Shown here: positions 57,451 to 64,000 of the stretch, piece after piece
How the letters are laid out: every line of letters begins with the position of its first letter
How positions within the stretch are numbered: the first letter of the stretch is position 1
Assembly: GCA_964580075.1 (NCBI GenBank)
Contig: CAZOJL010000004.1
Span: 262 to 64,261, forward strand
DNA: 64,000 bases
Origin: an uncultured Akkermansia sp.
GTDB lineage: Bacteria > Verrucomicrobiota > Kiritimatiellia > RFP12 > JAAYNR01
Direction: 5' to 3'
Notes under the pieces: model-generated
What the model was told of the DNA's origin: nothing
The model's database searches: none
What the model saw: the letters and a program-made list of their open reading frames with translations, nothing else
Position numbers and translations under genes: made by a program

Positions 57451-59145
57451 TCACCGCACCTGCACGATCGTATTCGGCTCGACCGTGTGCATGATCCCGT
57501 TCACGGCGCTTCGCACGGGAGCATCGGTGGGGTTGTAGAGGAATGCTCGGCCGCTTTCAAAAACAACACCGCATACGCCGTCAATCTCGGTGCAGACCGC
57601 GGGAATCGGCGCCTTCCCACAGGGCGGCTCGACATAAAACCACTTGCGCAGAAGCGCGAGCGTGTCATCTTCGCCGGTGGCGCTCACGCCGTACAGAAGT
57701 CCTGCTTTGCGGAACTCTGGGCCCCTGTTCCCGAATAGGAGCGCCCCTTCGACGGACTCGATGCTGCCGGTGTAGAGGAATATGCCGCCTTCTTCCACCC
57801 AGCTCCAGATCTTCTCCGCGGTGGAGGCTTCCATGACATTGCCCTCCAGATGGATGAGATAGTCGTACACCTCGAGCGCACCGTCGGAGATCAAGCGCTC
57901 GTCGGCCAGGTCGAAGTGCACGAGATGGCGCAGCTTGCCGCCGATGCGCATCATCTCGCGCGCCAGGCCCTGCGTGTAATTCAAGCGCAGCCAGGTGGAC
58001 GGCAGCAGCACGCACGCCTTGACGACCGGCTTGTCCTGCATCATGAACGATTCATATTTCACAAGCTGTGCCGCATTGTCCGGCTGCACGGGATTACTGT
58101 GCCAATCCCAGAAGCCTTCGAGCCCCGTGCACAATGCCTCAAACACGCGTGCGCAGTAGCGCTTGGCGTCGATGCCCGAAGGGGGCTCGCTCCACATGGG
58201 CACACCGTAGAACTTGCACGCCGTGGAGATCTGGACAAGCTGCCCGCAGGCGTTGCCGAGATAATCCATGAAGCCGCCGTGCGTCGAGCGCACCCTGACG
58301 CCTTCCTGTGCGGCAAGCTTCACCAGCGCGGTGTTGTCCTGGCAGATGCGCAGGTCCATGTCGGCGCCGCCGAGGGGCAGGAGCTTGTACGGGGTGTCGA
58401 AATGCCGGTTTGCGCTTCGCAGCCATTCGCGCGTGTAGCGGACCATTCCGTCGTAGTACCATTCGACGAAATCAAGGAAGTGCCGCCGGGCTGCCGGAGT
58501 GGCGGGATAGACAACATCCTCATCAGACGCCAGGGTTGTGCCCCAGCGCGCGTTGAGCCCGTGGATTCCGCCGAATGTGGCGAGCATGGTCCGGCGAAAA
58601 TCGGCACGTGCCTTCGGCTCGGCGCACCAGAACCCGTAATGGTTGTGCGTATTGCCGAAGCGCTTCTGCCAATCCGCCCGCTGGCCGGGATCGTTTACAC
58701 GGCAGCCCGCCATGACCATGCACTCGCCGTAGTCGCCGTGAATCCCCGTGAACATCGCGGCGATAGTATCTGTGCCGCGGCCGTAGTGGCTTTCCAGGGC
58801 GGCCATCCCGTATTCCAGGAACTCCAGCGCCAACGGTTCCCACAGTGAAAAAGCCTCGACCGATTCGTTGTCCTCGAGACAGGTCATGCGGTCGTATCGA
58901 TGTGCCGTGCGGTACCACACGGGCGGGAACGCGAAATGCGGGAAGAAGATCCAGTGTGCCCCGGCGTCCTTCACCTGCTTGAGTTTTGCATCGAACGCCG
59001 CCCAGTCCCAGATGCCCGGGGCGGTCTCGTTCGTACTGATGTGGTCGCTGTCGGTCTGAAAGAAGGTAAAGCCAAGCTCCAGACAGCGCTTGAAGTTGTC
59101 CGGTTCGCCTGCGTAAGTGCCACGGATCATCGGCTTTAATGACAT
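57451..59145 (-). CDS. putative TIM-barrel glycoside hydrolase (GH42/GH35-like); family uncertain
   Basis: 564 aa cytoplasmic protein. Coding-like composition, immediately upstream of the GH2 gene in the same orientation. The N-terminal region (GIWDWAAFDAKLKQVKDAGAHWIFF...PPVW) resembles GH42-type beta-galactosidase N-terminal domains. Confidence 0.4.
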   Translation of the reverse strand: MSLKPMIRGTYAGEPDNFKRCLELGFTFFQTDSDHISTNETAPGIWDWAAFDAKLKQVKDAGAHWIFFPHFAFPPVWYRTAHRYDRMTCLEDNESVEAFSLWEPLALEFLEYGMAALESHYGRGTDTIAAMFTGIHGDYGECMVMAGCRVNDPGQRADWQKRFGNTHNHYGFWCAEPKARADFRRTMLATFGGIHGLNARWGTTLASDEDVVYPATPAARRHFLDFVEWYYDGMVRYTREWLRSANRHFDTPYKLLPLGGADMDLRICQDNTALVKLAAQEGVRVRSTHGGFMDYLGNACGQLVQISTACKFYGVPMWSEPPSGIDAKRYCARVFEALCTGLEGFWDWHSNPVQPDNAAQLVKYESFMMQDKPVVKACVLLPSTWLRLNYTQGLAREMMRIGGKLRHLVHFDLADERLISDGALEVYDYLIHLEGNVMEASTAEKIWSWVEEGGIFLYTGSIESVEGALLFGNRGPEFRKAGLLYGVSATGEDDTLALLRKWFYVEPPCGKAPIPAVCTEIDGVCGVVFESGRAFLYNPTDAPVRSAVNGIMHTVEPNTIVQVR

Positions 59146-59682
59146 GTTTTAGCCCTCTTGTCTTCACCTGACGATCTGTCCATGTTTTATCGCATTTCGG
59201 CTGGTGCCGGCCCGCGCGGAACAAAAAATGCCAAATTGAGAATTGTTGGACGTCAGGCGAGGAGCTTGACAGAAGCGGGGACGACCGTCAAGATTCTATC
59301 GACTCTAAGAACTGCCGGATTTGGAAGGGTGGAAGATCGGACGAACATGTGACATAGCCCTAAGGAGGCGCTTGCAAAACCTCCTTCGTCGGTTCTCCAA
59401 GAGCCTCTGACGGGTTCTCGCAGGTTCTCGGGGACAGGGCATCTATGCCTAGGATCGGCGCGTCCAGCCCCAGGCTCATCTCCATGGACTCAATCGCCCT
59501 CAGCCGGTCCGCCGCGTTCCGCGCGTGCAGAATCCAGCCGCCCGGTCGCGGTGCCAGCCTTGCTTCGACAGGCCCGCCGGCCGTAAGGATCAAAGAATAG
59601 CCCCGCGGGTGAATATTTTCAGGAAGAAAATGGAACGGAAGGTCCGTTCCTTGGGATTCCTATATTTTGATGGTCTTTTAAG

Positions 59683-59758
59683 TGGTAGGCCGCGCGGGGA
59701 TCGAACCCGCGACCACATGATTAAAAGTCATGTGCTCTACCAACTGAGCTAGCGGCCT
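59683..59758 (-). tRNA. tRNA-Lys (anticodon TTT)
   Basis: Reverse complement is AGGCCGCTAGCTCAGTTGGTAGAGCACATGACTTTTAATCATGTGGTCGCGGGTTCGATCCCCGCGCGGCCTACCA: cloverleaf with anticodon loop CTTTTAA and a GGTTCGATCC T-loop. A downstream hairpin ggaacgg-accttc-ccgttcc followed by attttcttcc (59625-59655) is a plausible terminator. Confidence 0.85.
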
Positions 59759-59799
59759 TCAGAAAACGGGCTAGATGAAAACAGAATTGAGGGATTCTG

Positions 59800-61413
59800 T
59801 CAAGTTCGGTCTAAAATGATGCCGTTTCGACGGCCCGTAAAAAGACCGTTGTCATACGTGACCGTGCCGTTGACCACTACCTGTCGCATGCCGGTGGCAA
59901 GCCGGTGGGGGGCGCTGTAGGAGGCCGTGGCCGTGAAGGTGGCGGCGTCCCACACCGCCACATCGGCGCAGTAGCCCGGCGCAATCCGTCCCCGTTCGGT
60001 GAGTCCGAACGCCTCGGCGGCGAGTCCGGTCATGCGGTGGATCGCCTCGGTCACATCCATCAGCCGCTCGTCCACCGCCAACCTGAAGAATCGCGGCATG
60101 GTGCCGTAGGCGCGCGGATGGGGATGATCCTCGCCGAGCACGCCGTGCGGCGCGCGCAATGAGGCGTCACTTCCAACCATCACCCAGGGCTGACGATAGA
60201 TCCGCCGCAGATTATCTTCCGACAGTCCACCGAAAAACGCGCCTGTCTTGGCCCGTCCTTCGCGAATCAACCACACCGCCGTGGCGCCGGGTGATTCCCC
60301 ACGCTGTCGTGCGGCGTCTGTGAGGGTCATGCCGCAATAGGCTTTGCTGGCGTCGGAATAGCAGCCGCCGACGATCACACCCGACCAGTCGGTGTCGGAT
60401 GCATCGAGCTCGGAAACAACCTGCGCCCGCGCCGTGGGATCGTCCAGGGAGCGCAAAATCACCTCTGAGCCGCCGTCCGAGGCCCAGCCCGGCAAGATGA
60501 TGTCGAGTTCGGTGGCGCCGAACGTGTAGGGATAGCGGTCGGCATGGATGAACAGACCGGCGGCGCGCGCGCATTCAATCCGCTCCAGAACCGCGTCGAG
60601 CTTGTGCCAGTTGCGCGGGTGCGCGGTCTTGAGATGTGAAATCTGCGTGCGGATGCCGGTCGCGCGGGCCAGATCGAGAACCTCGTCGAGCGCCTCCAGC
60701 AGCCCGTCGCCCTCGCTACGCATGTGGGTGGCGTAGCCGACGCCCCTGGCCGCCGCCGCAGCGGCAAGCGCCAACACTTCGCCGGGCGTCGAGAATTTCC
60801 CCGGCTGGTAGACCAACCCGGTGCTCAGCCCCGACGCTCCCTCGTCGAGCGCCTGCTCGAGATTGCGCACCATGCGCGCCGTCTCGTCTGCGTCGGCCGG
60901 ACGCGGCGCATAACCCATGACCCCTTTGCGGAGGGTGTTGTGGCCCACGTAGAGCTTGGCGTTGATGGCGGGGCGGACTTGCTCCCACAGCGCCCGATAC
61001 TCGGCGACCGTGCGCCAGGTCGGCCCCGGTTCGCCGCACGGGCGGCGGCGGCCGCCGCCGCCGGCCAGTTGCGGATAGACCCTGCCCGCCCAGTCCGAGG
61101 CGAGGCAGATATCGTCCAGTGCCGGCACGCCGCTGCCGCCGCACTGGCCGACCACTTCGGTGGTGATCCCTTGCGCGACCTTGCTCGGCGCGTCGGGCTC
61201 CAGCAGAAGATAAGTGTCGGAGTGCGAGTGGGCGTCGATGAAGCCCGGCGTGACCAGGCAGCCCGTGGCATCGATGCATTCGACCGCCTCGGCCGCGCCG
61301 AGGTCGCAGACCGCCGTGATGCGGCCGCCGTTCACGCCGACGTCGGTTCGGACGGGCCGCGCCCCGCGCGTACCGTCGATCACCGTCCCGCCCACTAGGA
61401 TGAGGTCAAACAT
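59800..61413 (-). CDS. amidohydrolase-family protein (N-acyl-D-amino-acid deacylase / D-aminoacylase-like)
   Basis: Start at MFDLILVGGTVIDG; PGFIDAHSHSD metal-binding motif; about 537 aa. Confidence 0.7.
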   Translation of the reverse strand: MFDLILVGGTVIDGTRGARPVRTDVGVNGGRITAVCDLGAAEAVECIDATGCLVTPGFIDAHSHSDTYLLLEPDAPSKVAQGITTEVVGQCGGSGVPALDDICLASDWAGRVYPQLAGGGGRRRPCGEPGPTWRTVAEYRALWEQVRPAINAKLYVGHNTLRKGVMGYAPRPADADETARMVRNLEQALDEGASGLSTGLVYQPGKFSTPGEVLALAAAAAARGVGYATHMRSEGDGLLEALDEVLDLARATGIRTQISHLKTAHPRNWHKLDAVLERIECARAAGLFIHADRYPYTFGATELDIILPGWASDGGSEVILRSLDDPTARAQVVSELDASDTDWSGVIVGGCYSDASKAYCGMTLTDAARQRGESPGATAVWLIREGRAKTGAFFGGLSEDNLRRIYRQPWVMVGSDASLRAPHGVLGEDHPHPRAYGTMPRFFRLAVDERLMDVTEAIHRMTGLAAEAFGLTERGRIAPGYCADVAVWDAATFTATASYSAPHRLATGMRQVVVNGTVTYDNGLFTGRRNGIILDRT

Positions 61414-61711
61414 GCGTGGGATCAGTGTAGCCGAGCGGTGGACGGGAGACAATGCCGAAGTAATGGGCTGTCGTAGTCATGGGCCCACGATGTCCAAACG
61501 GGGAATCATGGTAGTGTCGGGGGATTAGGGTAGTTGACTCCTCATCGAAGGCATCCTATGTTACACCCCAGTATTGTTTTTGAGAGGTGCTCGCGACTGG
61601 CTGTTGCACAGGATCTGAGCACGATATGTTTACCAATAGCATTCACGGAGTCTGTGACCGGACGCAAACAGCGGCCGGCATGGGCTCATCGATTAGAAGA
61701 AGGAATACACC

Positions 61712-63276
61712 ATGAACAAGCCCAATATCGTCTATTTTTTGTCGATGACATGGGTTATGGTGACGCCTCGTGCCTGAACCCTGCCGGGAAGATCCGGACG
61801 CCGAACATCGATCGACTGGCCAGCGAAAGGATGGTCTTCACCGATGCGCATGCCAGCTCGGCGGTCTGCTCGCCGTCACGCTATAGCGTTCTCACGGGGC
61901 GCTACAACTGGCGGTCGTCCTTGCAGCAGGGGATCGTCGGCCTATACGGCCAGCCCCTCATCGCCGCCGATCGCCTGACCGTCCCGGGATTCCTGAAGCA
62001 GCACGGCTATCATACCGCCTGCATCGGCAAGTGGCATCTGGGCCTGGGGTGGGATTTTGAGCCAGATGCCGAGAATTTCTACCCCGGAGGATTCCAGCGT
62101 GATCGCGCGGGTGTCGCCGGCGTGACGGACTTGGAAGCCACGCCCGAACAACAGGCTTGCTGGCGGGAGGCGTTCTCCAAGCCCACCACCGGCGGCCCGA
62201 CCACGCGCGGCTTCGATTACTACTTCGGGGTCGATGTCCCCAACTGGCCACCCTACTGCTTCATCGAGAACGACCGAACCGTCGGTATCCCGTCGGAACT
62301 CCTCCCGTCACGCCTGGTTGGCAACAACCTGGCGAGCTTTTCCGGCCCGGCGATGCCCTACTGGCACTTCGAACAACTGCTTCCCACCTGGGCGGCGTAG
62401 GCGGACCGCTACATCCGGGAGCGCTCGGCGACGGGCGAGCCCTTCTTCCTGTGTTTGCCGATGACCTCACCCCATACGCCGCTGTCCGTCAATAAGCCCT
62501 GGATTGGGAAGAGCGGCTTGAACAACCTCTATGCCGACCTTGTGATCGAGACCGACGACGTTCTCGGACGAGTTCTTGCCTCCCTGGAAGCGCACGGGGT
62601 TGCCGACAACACATTGGTCATCTTTGCCAGCGACAATGGTTGCGCACACTACATTGGCGCAAAGGAAATGGAGGCGCAGGGGCACTTCCCCAGCGGCGGC
62701 TATCGCGGCTACAAATCCGACGCCTGGGACGGTGGTCATCGCATCCCCTGCATTGCACGCTGGCCGGGCATGATCAAACCCGGAACGGAGTCTGGCGCGC
62801 TCGTCTGCCTTTCGGACCTGATGGCGACTTGCGCCGACATTCTTGGTCAGGATCTGCCGGACCCTGCCGGGGAGGACAGCATCAGCATGATGCCTCTGTT
62901 CAGGGGCTCCTGCCCGTCCGGGCGGACCACCGTGGCGCATCATTCCATTGAAGGCAAGTTCGCGATCCACGACGGCCGCTGGAAGCTCGTCCTCTGCCCC
63001 GGCTCGGGCGGATGGACCTACACCGATGCCGCCGCCGCCAAGGCCGGCCTGCCCCTGATCCAGCTTTACGATATGCAGGCCGATCCCGGCGAGAGGCACA
63101 ACCTGCAGGGCGAACACCGCGACAGGGTTAAGGAACTCGTCGCCCTGCTGAAGAAGCAGGTTGCTGACGGGCGCAGTACTCCTGGCACGAGGCAGCACAA
63201 CGATGTGCCGGTGGACATCTGGAAGCTCGACACGATGCCCGGGGCGAACCCGGCGTTACTGGATGACTACGGATAA
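61712..63276 (+). pseudogene. Cys-type sulfatase disrupted by a 1-nt frameshift in a T6 run (61735-61740) and an in-frame TAG (62398-62400)
   Basis: ATG at 61712 (RBS gaagga) reads MNKPNIVYF, then shifts frame at tattttttg. The downstream frame carries FFVDDMGYGD and the formylglycine signature CSPSR (SAVCSPSRYSVLTGR). ORFs 61534..62400 and 62455..63276 are in the same frame, separated only by the TAG (..PTWAA*ADRYIRERSATGEPFFLCLPMTSPHTP..). Confidence 0.6.
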
Positions 63277-63288
63277 GAACCCTTTCTT

Positions 63289-64000
63289 TCAGGCTCTTTG
63301 AAACGCCGGTGCCATCTCGTCCTGCTCGGGCTTTGAGATCCGCTTTCGTGCGGCCACCTGTCGCCATCGCCCGACCGCGGCGCGGATCACCGCCATCTGT
63401 GCCTGGGCATCCGAGAGGGTCAGGCGGAATAAGTCCGTCACCTCCATGGCCAAAGCCAGGTCGAGACGGTTGTCGTTTCCGGCAATATTCAACGTCAAGC
63501 CTGAGCCCTGCGGGTTCGGATTCATGTCGTAAGCAGGCGCCAGTGTCCACCCCTCGTTGGGAGCCAACAGAAAACCATGATTCCGCAAATGGTCGTCGGT
63601 ATTGCTCACGCAGATGTTGAAGACGATTCTTCGCCACAGTTCAGCGAGATCTTCAGCCACCGCCACGCCATTTCGCATGATGAATTCGGCCAGTTCCAGA
63701 TAGCTGACCCCTGCGGCCGCGTCAGTTCCATCCGCATATCCCAAAAGGGTCATGGCCGAGGCAAAGTGAATCCGCTCGCCCGTCGGAAGTCGGTCGAATC
63801 GCCGCGACAGATAGGTGTGCCTGCGCTGCGTAAGCCTCTGTGACTTCACCTCAGGGACCCGCAGTCCGGCCAAGCGGGCCAGTTCATTGACAACGACCTC
63901 CCATGCGCCGACATCCACCCCGTCCCGTCGGCTCGGAAACTTCGCAATCCAGAGGCTGCCCTGATCGTCCACGACACCCGCTTTGGGCCTGGCACCGCCC
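63289..64000 (-). CDS. hipA: HipA-family Ser/Thr kinase toxin (C-terminal part; N-terminus beyond the right edge)
   Basis: NTDDHLRNHGFL catalytic-loop motif and the surrounding HipA C-terminal domain (LAPAYDMNPN...). Confidence 0.6.
   Translation of the reverse strand, partial: GGARPKAGVVDDQGSLWIAKFPSRRDGVDVGAWEVVVNELARLAGLRVPEVKSQRLTQRRHTYLSRRFDRLPTGERIHFASAMTLLGYADGTDAAAGVSYLELAEFIMRNGVAVAEDLAELWRRIVFNICVSNTDDHLRNHGFLLAPNEGWTLAPAYDMNPNPQGSGLTLNIAGNDNRLDLALAMEVTDLFRLTLSDAQAQMAVIRAAVGRWRQVAARKRISKPEQDEMAPAFQRA

Noticed and set aside
57850-58848. 332-aa + ORF
   Set aside because: Antisense to the putative GH42-like gene.
60724-61398. 224-aa + ORF
   Set aside because: Antisense to the amidohydrolase gene.
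62467-63198. 243-aa minus ORF
   Set aside because: Antisense to the sulfatase gene (CSPSR on the + strand).

Overview
This is a 64-kb window of high-GC (about 63-65%) bacterial chromosome. Almost every gene has a spurious long antisense ORF, which is typical at this GC. By gene content and GC it looks like a glycan- and sulfated-glycan-degrading member of the PVC group (Kiritimatiellota, Verrucomicrobiota or Lentisphaerota); that placement is an inference. The main blocks, in order, are: (1) housekeeping and envelope genes on the minus strand (1-5.7 kb): an LpxL-family acyltransferase running off the left edge, an FtsB-like protein, ispH, an AEC transporter, lpxB, lpxI and tRNA-Ser. (2) A 1398-aa secreted protein (6.0-10.2 kb) that fuses a DUF4838 domain, an FGE/SUMF1-like domain without the catalytic cysteines, and a CBM9-like domain. 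A CBM-tailed hypothetical and a phospholipase-D-like lipoprotein follow. (3) Non-coding stretches packed with repeats (11.9-12.0, 13.5-16.4, 18.9-19.4 and 22.6-24.2 kb). They hold at least three MITE-like families, two of them with clear target-site duplications, plus minisatellites and a frameshifted AraC regulator bracketed by inverted MITE copies. (4) Two paralogous signal-peptide glycine-rich proteins carrying a recurring GSGIVIVRY motif. One is frameshifted and extended by Ig-like repeats; the other is translationally coupled to a DUF4838 gene and a frameshifted UroD-family gene. (5) A dinJ-yafQ toxin-antitoxin pair, and an SNF2 helicase plus a SWIM zinc-finger protein with three C-terminal AT-hooks, bracketed by MITEs. 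(6) An in-frame RpiB-GlyA fusion, an LRR lipoprotein, a GH38 alpha-mannosidase, a PfkB kinase, a LacI regulator with a candidate operator, a GH28-like protein, nagA, an ABC exporter and uvrB. (7) A second UroD-family gene, two GH2 enzymes, a glycyl-radical enzyme of the C-x-E eliminase type with its radical-SAM activase, a GH-like TIM-barrel protein, tRNA-Lys, a D-aminoacylase-type amidohydrolase, a Cys-type sulfatase pseudogene (T-run frameshift plus in-frame TAG) and a partial hipA toxin at the right edge. I found no CRISPR array, rRNA or integrase.
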